The notes under the pieces: model-generated
Told to the model about the DNA's origin: nothing
What the model saw: only the letters and a program-made list of their open reading frames with translations
The model's database searches: none
Shown: one piece after another, positions 1 to 11,547 of the stretch
How the letters are laid out: each line of letters starts with the position of its first letter
Numbering within the stretch: position 1 is the first letter of the stretch
Source: an uncultured cyanobacterium
GTDB taxonomy: Bacteria; Cyanobacteriota; Cyanobacteriia; Cyanobacteriales; Nostocaceae
Reading direction: 5' to 3'
Assembly (NCBI GenBank): GCA_963740315.1
Contig: CAVUDP010000002.1
Location: 2,656,001-2,720,000, forward strand
DNA length: 64,000 nucleotides
Translations under genes and position numbers: made by a program

Positions 1-106
1 AGTTTTCGGGTTTTAAACGGGAGGTAATTAAATATTAAAGTTAAGATTTTGGATTAACCCCACGGTTCGATCCGCGAGGTTAATCTAAAATACTTTTACT
101 GCTCGA

Positions 107-733
107 TCAAAGCTCGAAGTTTTTCATGTAATTCTCGCGAGTTAATGGCTGTTGCAGTTCTAAGCCTTCACCACCGAGGACTTCAACTGGTTCGCCGTTC
201 AATTCGAGGTAGACTTTAGCATTGGGATTCAAAGCTGTAGCCGTATATACTACTTGTCCTACACGCCCAATCATCGAAGCACTACCGCCACCAAATTGAA
301 AATCTTCGGACAAATTAACTCGAACTTCGTCTCCTTCGGCTTTTACACCTAATAGTTTAGTTCCTTCAGGTATTGTAGAAGAGTCGGCTGCTTCTGTTGG
401 TCCTGATAATAAACGTTCAAAAGTTGCGGTTAGAAACTCCGAAGGCTTATTAATATCTGCTTGGACTTGAATGCTTTGAGGCACTAAGTTAAAACTAGTA
501 CCGTTTTCTTGAAGCCAATAGACTGTAGCAGTTTTTTCGTCAGCAACTGGCGGCGTTTCTACTGGATTTGGTGCTGGAGAAGGAACTACCCGTGAGGTAT
601 TATCTGGATTGGGGGTATCCTTGGGATTATTCATTGCGAAATAACCCGTAACACCAGCAACTGCGACAGCCGCAGTCGCGATCGCTGCTGCTACACCGGA
701 AGATATACGATTATTTTTTCGTTGTTCTGTCAT
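107..733 (-). CDS. GerMN domain-containing protein
   Basis: N-terminal TM anchor, Pro-rich linker, then GerMN-type motifs (LLSGPT...IPEGTKLLGV, VNLSEDFQFGGGSASMIGRVGQVVYTAT). Confidence 0.85.
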   Translation of the reverse strand: MTEQRKNNRISSGVAAAIATAAVAVAGVTGYFAMNNPKDTPNPDNTSRVVPSPAPNPVETPPVADEKTATVYWLQENGTSFNLVPQSIQVQADINKPSEFLTATFERLLSGPTEAADSSTIPEGTKLLGVKAEGDEVRVNLSEDFQFGGGSASMIGRVGQVVYTATALNPNAKVYLELNGEPVEVLGGEGLELQQPLTRENYMKNFEL

Positions 734-1172
734 CTGACACCTTTTATTATTAGCTGAGTGGTACCCGTACCTGTGTGAGGGGCTTGGTAGACGACGCTGG
801 TGGGGAAAGGGGATTTTCCTTTGTGTGTATAACGGTTTTATTTGTACAAAAGCCGCAATTTGTAATTTAGACGGTCTTATAATTAATTTTAGAATTCGTA
901 TCAGAAGTCCGTCACGTACCTTTGTAACGTAAATTCAGCATGAAGATTAAGGTTTTTTACTATTCCTTCAACGAATTGTGACGCAACTTGTTCCTCATTT
1001 ACAGTTACCAGGGTTTCAATTAACTCAATTTGTCTACCTTTATTAACAAAGGTTTTTCCTAGTTTTCCGAACGTAATTTAACTTGAAATTAGCAACGATT
1101 GTCATCTAAAATCTAAAATTGCGGATTTTCTTACTTATAAATCATAGAATTGCGATCGAACATATCAATCAT

Positions 1173-1199
1173 GTAGAGACGTAGCACTGCTACGTCTCT
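1173..1199. repeat. Palindromic dispersed repeat GTAGAGACG...CGTCTCT
   Basis: Hairpin; related copies at 38697-38723, 59040-59089 and 59102-59133. Confidence 0.75.
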
Positions 1200-1236
1200 T
1201 TATTCTAATTTGTATTGAAAATTCGGTGAAATGATA

Positions 1237-3030
1237 TTACAATTCCATCTTCTGTTTCAATATAGATACAACTTCATCAATGGCAATTTCGTAAGAGTCG
1301 CTACTTTTACGCTCTACAACTTCAACTTTACCGTTGGTTATTGCCCTTCCAGTCACAATCCGATAAGGAATACCAATCAAATCGGCATCTTTAAATTTAG
1401 CACCCGCACGTTCGCTTCTATCGTCTATCAGGGTTTCAATCCCGGCTTGATTTAATTCCGTGTAAAGTTTTTCCGCTACTTCTACTTGAAGATCGTCTTT
1501 TATGTTCGGAATCGTCACAATTGCATGATAAGGGGCAATTGCTAGAGGCCAAATTATTCCATCTTTGTCGTAGGATTGTTCTACAGCAGCTTGAGCCATG
1601 CGCGAAACTCCTATACCATAACAACCCATCTCTAAAGGTTTATCTTTACCTTGTTCGGTAGTATAAGTTGCTCCCATCGCTTTAGAATATTTGCTGCCCA
1701 ATTGAAAGATATGTCCGACTTCGATACCGCGAGCCGATTTTAGGGTTTGTTCTGGATTGTGTTGAGCGCGATCGCCAACGATTGCAGTACGTATATCTAC
1801 TGCTAACGGTAACTCAAATTGTTCTCCCCAATTAGCACCGACTACGTGATAACCCGATTCGTTGGCACCCGTGACAAAGTTCTTTAAATCGACTGCGGTT
1901 TTATCTACGAAGCGGACAAATTTGGGATGAATTCCTTTAGCAGTTTTAATATATTCATCGCTAATATCCGGCGCAATATAACCCAAAGGTAAAGATTTAG
2001 CCGCCCATTTTTCTTGTGCTTCCGGGCTGGGTACCTCTAAACCAATAATCGAATTTGCATCATAAGTAGAAGCTAATTTAGTTAATTCGTTATATAACTT
2101 AACTTCATTCACATCTCGATCGCCGCGAATATTTACTAAAACTAATACAGTAGTACCGTTATCGTAAACAACTTGATAAAGAACATTTTTGACAATTTGG
2201 GTGGGAGAACAGTTGAGCATTTTGCAAAGCTTGTCAATTGTCTCGGTTTTAGGAGTTTCGACTTTTTCGTAAGTTGTAAAGTTAGAAGTTTCTGCATCGG
2301 GGGGTAAAGAAACCGCCTTTTCCACGTTAGCAGCATATTTCCCGTCATCGGTGTAGAGGACTTCATCTTCCCCAGCTTCTGCTAAAACCATGAATTCCGT
2401 CGAACCAGAGCCACCAATTGCACCGGAATCTGCTTCTACAGGACGAAATTCCAGCCCACAACGGCGTAGCATATTACTGTAGGCTTGGTACATATCTTGG
2501 TAAGTTTGTTTTAGGCTTTCTTCCGAGCTGTGGAAAGAATAACCGTCTTTCATGATAAATTCTCTGCCGCGCATTAAACCGAAGCGGGGACGAATTTCAT
2601 CGCGGAATTTAGTTTGAATTTGATACAAGTGCTGCGGTAACTGACGGTAAGAGCGAATAGTATCTCTGGCAATAGTGGTAATTACTTCCTCATGAGTGGG
2701 ACCAAGTGCTAAATTTTGCTCGCGGCGATCGGTAAGGGAAAACATGATACCCTCAGCTTTCGTATAAGTATCCCAGCGTCCCGATTCTTTCCATAAATCA
2801 GCAGGTTGTAGTTGAGGTAAAAGACATTCTTGTGCCCCAGTCGCGTTCATTTCCTCGCGGACAATCTGAGAAACCTTTTGCAAAACCCGCCACATCAACG
2901 GCAGATAAGCATATACACCGCTACCGATGCGACGAATAAAACCAGCGCGGACTAATAATTTATGACTGGGAATTTCAGCATCGGCTGGATCGTCTCGAAG
3001 CGTAACAAATAACATTTTTGACAGTCGCAT
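1237..3030 (-). CDS. proS: Proline--tRNA ligase
   Basis: MRLSKML start, [31 protein letters not shown], anticodon-binding domain. Confidence 0.98.
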   Translation of the reverse strand: MRLSKMLFVTLRDDPADAEIPSHKLLVRAGFIRRIGSGVYAYLPLMWRVLQKVSQIVREEMNATGAQECLLPQLQPADLWKESGRWDTYTKAEGIMFSLTDRREQNLALGPTHEEVITTIARDTIRSYRQLPQHLYQIQTKFRDEIRPRFGLMRGREFIMKDGYSFHSSEESLKQTYQDMYQAYSNMLRRCGLEFRPVEADSGAIGGSGSTEFMVLAEAGEDEVLYTDDGKYAANVEKAVSLPPDAETSNFTTYEKVETPKTETIDKLCKMLNCSPTQIVKNVLYQVVYDNGTTVLVLVNIRGDRDVNEVKLYNELTKLASTYDANSIIGLEVPSPEAQEKWAAKSLPLGYIAPDISDEYIKTAKGIHPKFVRFVDKTAVDLKNFVTGANESGYHVVGANWGEQFELPLAVDIRTAIVGDRAQHNPEQTLKSARGIEVGHIFQLGSKYSKAMGATYTTEQGKDKPLEMGCYGIGVSRMAQAAVEQSYDKDGIIWPLAIAPYHAIVTIPNIKDDLQVEVAEKLYTELNQAGIETLIDDRSERAGAKFKDADLIGIPYRIVTGRAITNGKVEVVERKSSDSYEIAIDEVVSILKQKMEL

Positions 3031-3310
3031 CGTAATTCCTCTTTGCGGATTTGATAATTTTTATTTCATACACTCAGGAAATATACTCAGGAAGTGGCTT
3101 TACTGTAAACCCAAGTGCGATCGCGGTTTCACATACAAACTGGACAAGTTAAAGGTTAAAGGTCAAACTTAAAAGATTTCGTATATAACTTAAACGGGCA
3201 GGATGCTTATTTTACAAGAGTTTTAGATTATAAATATTTTTGTTTTTAATAAAATTACCGTCTCACCTGTTAATAGCTGTGACAAACTTAAACAACCAGA
3301 TAAATAATTG

Positions 3311-3365
3311 ACTGGTAACTGTTCAGTGTTAACTGCTCACTGTTCACTGTTCACTGTTCACTGTT
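3311..3365. repeat. Heptamer tandem repeat (ACTGTTC)n, STRR-like
   Basis: Tandem repeat read directly. Confidence 0.8.
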
Positions 3366-3381
3366 TTAGGAGAAAATAATT

Positions 3382-4770
3382 TTGTCTCTCAGTATTAATC
3401 AAGCACAGGCACCTCTCGAATTTATTCCTCCAGCGTTAAACCCTTCTGTTTTACGAATTACCCAGCTATTATTACCAGCATGGATACATTCGCAAACCAT
3501 CCTTAGTCAAATTGAAGCAGAAAACGTCAAAACTTTAGTAAATTTAATCAACGAATTTCAGCAAAAAAAGATTCGTTTCTTGATAGCATTCCGCCATCCT
3601 CAAGTAGAAGATCCTTTTTCATTAGGTTATTTGTTTTCTCATATCGTACCGAAAGTAGCTCGACAAGAAGGAATTAAATTAAATTATCCAGTTCATGCCC
3701 ATTTTATTTACGATAGAGGTATTCCTCTTTGGGCTGGTTCCCATATTGGCTGGTTTTTATCGCGCATGGGTGGAACCTCAATACAGCGGGGCAAGGCAGA
3801 TTGGGCGGGGTTAAGATCGGCTCGTAATTTGTTTGCAGAAGCAGATTTTCCTATTGCTGCTGCACCTGAAGGAGGTACAAATGGACTTTCCGAAATAATT
3901 AGTCCAATGGAGCCGGGAATAGCACAGCTAGGCTTTTGGTGTGCGGAAGATTTACAAAAAGCCGGACGCAGCGAACGGGTTTTAATTTTACCAGTTGGAA
4001 TTAAATATAGTTATACGAATCCGCCGTGGGAGTCGATAGAAAAATTATTAAGCGAATTAGAAGAAGCCAGCGGTTTATCTGTAGATGAAAGCGGTTTTGA
4101 TACAGCTTTACCACAAGAAATGCTTTATCCCAGGTTAATTAATTTGGCAACACATTTGTTATCTGTGATGGAAGATTTCTACAAGCGTTTTTACCATTAT
4201 TCACCAGAATTAAAGATACCAGAAGTTGAAACCAGCGACGGGAATGAAGCGATCGCCGCACGTTTGCGATCGTTATTAGATAGTGCGCTAAAAGTTTCCG
4301 AAGATTATTTTGATGTGCCGGCAAAAGGGAACTTTAGCGATCGCTGTCGTCGGGTAGAACAAGCAGGTTGGAACTATATTTTTCGAGAAGATTTTAAGGA
4401 TATCAAAGCATTAAGTACCATCGAAAAGAGATTAGCGGATCGAGTTGCAGAAGAAGCCAATTTAAGAATTTGGCATATGCGTTTGGTAGAAAGCTTTGTC
4501 GCGGTGACGGGTAAATATGTTCGGGAAAAACCGACAGCAGAAAGGTTTGCTGAAACAACTTTGCTTTTATGGGATATGGTAGCTCGAATAAAAGGTAGCA
4601 ATCCGTTTAAGCGTCCGAAATTGGCTAAGCAAAAAGCGAACATTACTATCGGTGAACCGTTATCGATTTCTGAAAGGTTTGATGATTATAAAGCGAATCG
4701 TAAAAATGCCAGAATTGCGGTTGCTGATTTTACTAGCGATCTGCAAAAAGCGATGGAAGAGTTGATATGA
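3382..4770 (+). CDS. Phospholipid/glycerol acyltransferase (PlsC-like) family protein
   Basis: HxxxxD motif (FRHPQVED), APEGGT motif, ILPVGIKY; TTG start after AGGAG. Confidence 0.8.
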   Translation: MSLSINQAQAPLEFIPPALNPSVLRITQLLLPAWIHSQTILSQIEAENVKTLVNLINEFQQKKIRFLIAFRHPQVEDPFSLGYLFSHIVPKVARQEGIKLNYPVHAHFIYDRGIPLWAGSHIGWFLSRMGGTSIQRGKADWAGLRSARNLFAEADFPIAAAPEGGTNGLSEIISPMEPGIAQLGFWCAEDLQKAGRSERVLILPVGIKYSYTNPPWESIEKLLSELEEASGLSVDESGFDTALPQEMLYPRLINLATHLLSVMEDFYKRFYHYSPELKIPEVETSDGNEAIAARLRSLLDSALKVSEDYFDVPAKGNFSDRCRRVEQAGWNYIFREDFKDIKALSTIEKRLADRVAEEANLRIWHMRLVESFVAVTGKYVREKPTAERFAETTLLLWDMVARIKGSNPFKRPKLAKQKANITIGEPLSISERFDDYKANRKNARIAVADFTSDLQKAMEELI

Positions 4771-4840
4771 GAAAGGGTTTGGAGGTTTTTAAACGCAAAG
4801 GGGCGCGGAGTTTAGCGCAAAGGTACGCCGAGTAAAGAAT

Positions 4841-5392
4841 TTACTCAGGAAATACTTTTGATAAATCTAATATTATTTCTGGGAAACAAGGTAGATTAAC
4901 TGTTTCGTTAGGAAGATAAATAACTTTGCGACGATAGCCAAATTTATTTTGTAAATCTTGGTAAGGTTCGTTATAAGTTTCTAAGCAGTTTTCAATTGAA
5001 TTAAATATCCAATAATCAGAAATACCCGCTTGAGCATAAAGCGGTAATTTTACTTCTCGATCGTATTTTAAAGAAGAATCAGCGATTTCGATTAAAAGCA
5101 ATACATCTTGCGGAGTGGGATGAGAATTTACATAATCATCATCTTTATTTATGAGAATTGCTATATCGGGTTCGGGTTCGCTATTAGGCAGTATGATAAT
5201 TGGATCTTGGCTTTGTAAAGTACCAAGATTAGCAATCAGTTTTGATAATTCTCTTATCAATCTCCTGCAAAAAGTTGAATGAAGCGTTCCTTTAGCTGCC
5301 ATAGGAATGATTTCTCCCCTAATTAGCTCAACCCGGTCATCTTCATGAAAAAATCCGAGTTCTGCTAAACGGTTGTATTCATCTATAGTCAT
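4841..5392 (-). CDS. Uma2 (DUF820) family endonuclease
   Basis: RVELIRGEII, EPEPDIAI, LLIEIADSSLKYDREVKLPLYAQAGI. Confidence 0.9.
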   Translation of the reverse strand: MTIDEYNRLAELGFFHEDDRVELIRGEIIPMAAKGTLHSTFCRRLIRELSKLIANLGTLQSQDPIIILPNSEPEPDIAILINKDDDYVNSHPTPQDVLLLIEIADSSLKYDREVKLPLYAQAGISDYWIFNSIENCLETYNEPYQDLQNKFGYRRKVIYLPNETVNLPCFPEIILDLSKVFPE

Positions 5393-5630
5393 AGCGTTTA
5401 GGCATGAAGTTATATTTAAATTTTAGTTATTTATACGGCTACGTGCAAGATAAGACTGTTGATAGAATACAAGTCATAACAAACAAAAAGCTTTCTTTTT
5501 TAACTTTGGCATTTAACATAATACCAACTGCAATACCGAAAAATGTTTCCGTTTCAGGAACTTTTTTCCAAGTTAATGTAACTTAAAACAAAATGATACT
5601 TTTCAAAATCCTAAAATAATCCCAACATTT

Positions 5631-6605
5631 ATGATTAAAACAACCTGCCTGATAAATAATTTTAATTACGCCGATTTCATTATAGAAGCAGTAGAAAGTG
5701 CGCTTGGGCAAACAGTCCAGTTTGATGAAGTGATTATAGTTGATGATGCATCAACCGATAATTCTGTTGAAAAGCTCCAAGAAAGATATGCTCAAAATCC
5801 TCAAGTAAAATTAGTTATTAAAGAGAAAAATGAAGGTCAATTGTCTAGTTTTAATTTAGGTTACTTAGCTTCAAGTGGTGAAATCATCTGTTTTCTCGAT
5901 TCTGACGATAAATACCAACCAAATTATCTTGAAAGTATTCTAAAAATTTATAACCTATATCCTGAATGCGATTTTTTATTTTGTGGCTATGAAAAGTTTA
6001 AATTGGATTCATCGTCATCAAATACAATATCCCAGCACCAAGAGCAAATTGATATATGCCAATATGTCAGAAATAGAGGTTGCTCTGCTATTTTAACTCT
6101 TCATACACAACGCTTTATCGGCTCTCCTACTTCCACTCTTTCAATGCGGCGTAAAATTGCCGACAAAATACTACCTTTCCCTTACTTAGAAGATTGGCGA
6201 ATTCGAGCCGATGATTGTTTGGTTTACGGAGCTTCTTTAGTCGGAGCAGTAAAATTTACATTATCTTTAAAATTAGTTCAATACAGAATTCATACAAGAA
6301 ATAACCATGCAAACAAAACTAAAGAAGATTCAAAAGAACGCAAAGAAATATTAGTTAATTATCAGAGAAGACTGGCTTTAAATCGTCTCTTTAACTCATT
6401 TGCCCAAAAAATGAACTATCTTGATAAGAGTGAGCTTACATCCTTTATTCCCTTTGAATTTAAAACCATACCTCAACCTGATTCAAAAGACTTTAGAAAA
6501 TACTTTAATTTACTCTGGAATTCTAATCTCAAAATATCTATAAAAATTAAAAGCTCATTAATTATGATCAAGTATATGTTATCAACTCGTAAGCTTTCTC
6601 ACTAA
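5631..6605 (+). CDS. Family 2 glycosyltransferase
   Basis: IIVDDASTD, FLDSDD DxD motif. Confidence 0.9.
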   Translation: MIKTTCLINNFNYADFIIEAVESALGQTVQFDEVIIVDDASTDNSVEKLQERYAQNPQVKLVIKEKNEGQLSSFNLGYLASSGEIICFLDSDDKYQPNYLESILKIYNLYPECDFLFCGYEKFKLDSSSSNTISQHQEQIDICQYVRNRGCSAILTLHTQRFIGSPTSTLSMRRKIADKILPFPYLEDWRIRADDCLVYGASLVGAVKFTLSLKLVQYRIHTRNNHANKTKEDSKERKEILVNYQRRLALNRLFNSFAQKMNYLDKSELTSFIPFEFKTIPQPDSKDFRKYFNLLWNSNLKISIKIKSSLIMIKYMLSTRKLSH

Positions 6606-6792
6606 AAAATAGATGTCTCTGGAATGTAAATTAGATAGTCCAAAATTTGGAAAGCTTTTATATCACGATAAGAGGATGAGTAATCGATCGCTCAAGCATC
6701 AATTAAAAAGAACTTAGAGAAATAAGAAACTTTTGAGTCTTTTTATTTTTCAATACTAACGAGTTTTAACGAAGATAAAAAGTAAACTATGA

Positions 6793-6825
6793 TGTCCCAG
6801 ATGTTGTGTTGCGACATCTGGGACA
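6793..6825. terminator. Stem-loop between convergent genes
   Basis: TGTCCCAGATGT-N9-ACATCTGGGACA, 12-bp perfect stem just past the 6836 stop. Confidence 0.6.
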
Positions 6826-6835
6826 AGTTAATTAT

Positions 6836-8454
6836 TTAAACAAACAAAGGATAACGAAGCGCTAATGTATCAGTTTCAAGGGAATATTTCTTAAAAAACT
6901 CATTCACTATAGGCTCAATTTCTGGTTTAACAGCTGCAACAAAGCGCTGCACCATAGATGCAATTGAACAAACTACTATTAAATGAACTAATTCCTCAGA
7001 TTGAAACTGTTTAATTGCAGCTTCTACAAATTGATATGGTGTTGTCAGTGGAGTTTGTGCCGATACCCAAGCAAATTGAAGTGCTGCTCGTTCTTTTTCA
7101 TCGAATAATTTACTCGTATCTCCTCGATTTGTCGCAGCTAAATAACATTGACGAACCCTTTCAACTGCATTATCTTTATCAGTAGCAGTATGATAAGCAA
7201 AATATCCTTCAACTGCTGCTAAATAATCGTGATTCTTTGCGATCGCGCTCACCCTAGCCATGAGATGCTTAAGTTCTGCTGGGATTAAACTATGATGGCG
7301 ATCGCTCATTAATTCCACATAAATATAAGCGTGGTGCTTCTGTAACGATTGCGTCCATTTCTCAATCCAAGCTGGGAACAATCCTAATTCTTTCTCAAGA
7401 TAGATGTCTAAATTATCAATTCCTGAATTATATTTTGCAAGCATATCTTGAATTGATAAATTGCCTTCCGGTATTTCGTAATCAAGATTAGATGGATTGG
7501 AATTTCCGGTGCTATGTCTTCCCCCTTCGATACCTACTTTTTCGCTGGCTTGACGTGCCCAATCTCCTTCTATTTCTAATCCCGTCAAGTCGTTAAAAAC
7601 GTTGAGAAATCCAAAGGAAGCGGTAACGAGTAATGTCGCTTGAATCGAAGCATCGGCATTTACTTCTCCCGAAACTTCTGTTGCTAAACTGCGGATATTT
7701 TCCATAAAATTATCTTCAACTTGATTTAGCGTTGCATCACCTGCAAGCTGTGCGATCGCCATTTCAAATTGATTAAATGGATTGTTCTCTAATGCTTCTC
7801 CCTGGCTAGCTTTTTTAAATTTTCCTACCATATCTAGAGATTTTTCGCCCATTGTCGCGACACTATGAACTTGACAATATGAACAACCATGTGCATTGGA
7901 AGTAGAATAACCAACCGCACTAATATTCTTCATCCCCAGCGCTTGTTTTGCATACCCAACTGCGGAGAAGTTTTGACAGTAAACGAAAAGTTTGTAAGCT
8001 TCAATCCAGTTGTGTAGATAAGCGAATGTATTGGCCAAAATCCGAAGAATTCTTTGTAAAAGTGCAATATTGGTAAAATTTCTTCGTCTCGATCGCGGCT
8101 ACCATCGCTTTGAGGAATATAATCACGTAGAGCAATGTCTTTTGCACCTTCATGTAATTCTGCATCTGAAAGTTTATCGAGGGATAATTCACCTGTATTT
8201 ATCTCTAATAATTTTGTAAGTCTTCCCGATTTTTCCAGCTTTTCTAAGTCTTCAGCGCCGTTGATGTGGTAACTGCCGATAAAAATTTGCGGTACGGTTG
8301 CTGCTCCACTTAAGTAAATCGATGCATCTGCATACCGCTGATTGGCTTTAACATCATACTCTTGGTAGTTAATTCCAGCCCTTTTTAAAACGGCTTTTGC
8401 TAAGGCGCAGTAGTTGCAGTTAGGCTTGCTGAATAAAGTTATTTGAGATGTCAT
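6836..8454 (-). pseudogene. Glutaredoxin fused to AhpD/carboxymuconolactone-decarboxylase-like domains, frameshifted near 8032
   Basis: CNYC...TVPQIFIG glutaredoxin ORF (7930-8454) overlaps ORF 6836-8038 (CSYCQVH; ERAALQFA). One extra A at TGG CCA ATA gives continuous GFWP-NTFAYL. Confidence 0.7.
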
Positions 8455-8705
8455 TTGTTTGTTTCCTTTAAATCTGGCGATCGTTTTTTTTGTAATTAAA
8501 GAAAGAGAAAGAGAAAGAGTAAAAATAATTAAAGTTAATTTTATTTACCCTTTCTCCTACTTCTGCAAGAAGTTTGTAAAGTGTGTGTTAGTGGTTATTA
8601 AATCAAACGGTTGACTTAATTCGCAGTAATTGGCGGACTGCGAGCCGCTAAATCTATGACAAATTTCATAACAGATTTTTGCGCTTATTCTAAATACTGA
8701 AAAAA

Positions 8706-10340
8706 TTATTTAGATAAATCTTGAACTATGTTGAATCTGAAAGGTTCGGAATTGAAAGTGTTTAAATAAGCCTGATTCAAATACATCTCGCTTTCAGACT
8801 TATTAAGAAGATATCGGTTAAAGAAAGCAAGGCTAAGAGAATTTATTTGCGATCGCGCGATCGTTGGATCTGCTCCAATCAAACTTTCGGGTACTGGTAA
8901 ACCTTCTCCATCATCTGTCATTTCTAAGGTTGAAAAGTGAGTCCCATTTTCCATCACAACCAGATACTTGTCTTTAACTTCTAATTTTTGAAAGGGTTGA
9001 ATTTGTTCTGGTAAAGCTGGAACAAAGTAATCATCTGTACCAGCAACAAATAATACAGGTGCTTGTAACTTATTTAACCCTGTTTCCCCGAATATATGAC
9101 TGGTTAACGGGTTGATAGCGATGACAGCCTTGATGCGATCGTCTTTTACAGTCAATGATTTCTCCACAGGGACTTCCAAAAGTCGGCATTGAAGTAACAT
9201 TGATAAGTTGAGTATTGGACGCTCTTCTACAGTCGTCGAACAAACATTTTCAAGCTTATCTTGGCTTAATTGTGCCCCCGCAGATGCTAAGACTGTATAA
9301 CCACCAAGAGACTGACCTAATACGCCAACTGCCTGTAAATTCAGAGATTTTAATTCAGGTTCCGATTTAGCGCGACGTTCTAATTCATCTAATACTGCTG
9401 TAATATCTTTGGGAAGTAACAGCAAAGTATTTGGATCTGGTGGGTTTTCTAACCCGTTAAAAATCTGCGAAAATTTATTAGTGTTAGTCTCAAAATGTTC
9501 TGGAACCACAACAGCATATCCGTGAGAAGCCAAATGTTGTGCTAGATAGGCGAAAGTTTGACGATTTGAAGCTACTCCATGAGAAATAACTACGGTAGGA
9601 ACCTGTTGTGATGAATTTGATTGCTGCTTTGGTAAATATAAATCAGCAATTGAGGCTTGCGATCGACCGGGATTTTGGAAAGGAATGGTTTTAAAATTCC
9701 AGGTATAATTACCTTTGTTCCGAGGGTCTAAATTAGAAGAAAGTACTGATTTTTGTAGAGCTTTTGACTCAGCAAGTTGACGAATATTTGCTACTACTTG
9801 AGTTTGTTTTTGAAAGATTTCTTGATTTTCTTTGGCAAGCTTCAAAGTTAGCGGTAGATTAATTTGAATAGTTTTTAAGGGAAATTGACGAATTACATTC
9901 ATCACCGTCAGCCCTTGTTTATCCGCAGCAGCTAAAGTAAGAGCAGCACGAAGCCCAATAGAGCCGTTGAGGGAATTTTCTGTTTGTACAATTTGACCTA
10001 ATCGCTTAAGCAATTCAGAACCAGCAGAGCTATAGCTAATTCGGGATATACCGACAACATCAATTTCAAAGCGCGTATTCAACAAAGTCTGAAGCGATAA
10101 CAATTCTTCATCGTTTAAATAGTTGTCTAAAATGCTGGAATTTTCTTTGAGTTTTCCAGTTTTTGCAACCTCTTCAAGTTCCTTTAGTTCAATTGTAGAA
10201 CCAATTGGACCACAAAAAAATTGAATGCGTTCGGCACTATACACGGGTTGTATTGTCAGCATACTAGAGCATAATCCGAAGAAAGCAGCAACTAGCGTTC
10301 GCGTTTTTAGATTACGGAAATAGCGGTAGTAAGGAATCAT
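8706..10340 (-). CDS. DUF1400 plus alpha/beta hydrolase (dienelactone hydrolase-like)
   Basis: Signal peptide then AERIQF; ISHG, GQSLGG nucleophile elbow, GTDD, GTHFS. ATG at 10340 preferred to TTG at 10412. Confidence 0.85.
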   Translation of the reverse strand: MIPYYRYFRNLKTRTLVAAFFGLCSSMLTIQPVYSAERIQFFCGPIGSTIELKELEEVAKTGKLKENSSILDNYLNDEELLSLQTLLNTRFEIDVVGISRISYSSAGSELLKRLGQIVQTENSLNGSIGLRAALTLAAADKQGLTVMNVIRQFPLKTIQINLPLTLKLAKENQEIFQKQTQVVANIRQLAESKALQKSVLSSNLDPRNKGNYTWNFKTIPFQNPGRSQASIADLYLPKQQSNSSQQVPTVVISHGVASNRQTFAYLAQHLASHGYAVVVPEHFETNTNKFSQIFNGLENPPDPNTLLLLPKDITAVLDELERRAKSEPELKSLNLQAVGVLGQSLGGYTVLASAGAQLSQDKLENVCSTTVEERPILNLSMLLQCRLLEVPVEKSLTVKDDRIKAVIAINPLTSHIFGETGLNKLQAPVLFVAGTDDYFVPALPEQIQPFQKLEVKDKYLVVMENGTHFSTLEMTDDGEGLPVPESLIGADPTIARSQINSLSLAFFNRYLLNKSESEMYLNQAYLNTFNSEPFRFNIVQDLSK

Positions 10341-10481
10341 TTTTGTTGTTCTTAATGTTTTTATCCTTTGAGTTTCTTTAATCCAAAAATTAGAGATGAA
10401 GTTTTGAATCAAAGAACTTTATTCACCGTTACCAAGATGCGCCGCTTTAATTGGATTTAGTATTGATAGAAATTAATGCTT

Positions 10482-11002
10482 TTAAACGCTTATAGCTATC
10501 GGTGAAAGCGACTTTGCATTCTTCCATTGCTTTAGCTGCTTCTCAAAAGTTTTTACATCAAGAGTATCCATATCAAACGCAACATAAGCATCTGGACGTA
10601 CTAAGATAATTCGACCTGTTTTTGCACCAAGCTTTGTTTCAAAATCGCCGCGATAATCTACTAAAGTGTCTGCTTGAAAATCATGCAACTGCGGTAAACC
10701 GTTATTTAAAATTACGTGCGCTTTCAACATCTCATCACTACATATTAGCTCGTAGTGGCTTTTGTGCTGATGCACAAAAGTCAATTCCAGGGGATGTGTA
10801 ACCGCGTTGGATTAGTTGTTCTACCCAGGATATCTAAAAATTCTAAGGTGCGGGCGTGTACTACCAAGGCTTTACTGCGCGTAGATGGCTGGTTTCGTTG
10901 TTCGATAATCCGCACTTTGACATTACGTCGTGCCAGTTCGATAGCAACAGTTAAACCTGTCGGACTAGCACCAACAATTAAAACATCTGTTTTTTGTGAC
11001 AT
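10482..11002 (-). pseudogene. FAD-dependent monooxygenase remnant (frameshift plus large internal deletion)
   Basis: DVLIVGASPTG...HARTLEFLDILG, frameshift near 10822, EQLIQRGYTSPGIDF, then joined near 10741 to C-terminal IILVRPDAYV. Confidence 0.8.
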
Positions 11003-11041
11003 GAGGAATCTCCTTTTTAATATTCAAAACTCTGTTACTCG

Positions 11042-11119
11042 TTAACCCTTTTCATTATTGAAAATTAGTCTTGGTAAGAGCGGTGCTAAAAACGCTGTCG
11101 CAATAACCATTAAAAACGC
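11042..11119 (-). pseudogene. 3' fragment of a membrane protein gene, possibly a cation:proton antiporter
   Basis: Reads AFLMVIATAFLAPLLPRLIFNNEKG*, directly upstream of the monooxygenase remnant RBS. Confidence 0.4.
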
Positions 11120-11352
11120 CTTATTCAAACGTTTGTTTTATAAATGTGAGCAAAAAATGAGATATGGGGGAACCATCGGAAACTAGAGCAATATGTAATG
11201 TTGAGGTAAATCTGTATGTCCTCAGAGGACTTAAGGTAATGAAATTAAGGTTTTTCGGTAAATTGGAACTGCGTAAAACTCAAGGAAAAATCAAATCATT
11301 TGGCTGCAAACAAAATTATTAGATAGTCATATTAACTTGCTCGCCTATGGAT

Positions 11353-11372
11353 ATTCAAACATACGTTTTAAT
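11353..11372. promoter_or_regulatory. Putative TetR operator ATTCAAACATACGTTTTAAT
   Basis: Near-palindrome, 18/20 identical to 29888-29907. Confidence 0.55.
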
Positions 11373-11547
11373 TTTTTACAAGCGTTATTAGTTAAAAAAC
11401 ACATTTATTTCTGATATTTCTGATAGTTTCCATCGAAAAGTTTTTGTCTACGATTAACTGACATTCTGCACCACTCTCAACAAGTCTAAAGAAACCGGGA
11501 ATAAAGACAAAGGTGTATTCCGGCGAATACTTTAATCAGTAATTTTA

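Noticed and set aside
5390..5410. Possible frameshift at the Uma2 5' end (out-of-frame MPKRY)
   Set aside because: An in-frame ATG preserves the whole domain; evidence too thin
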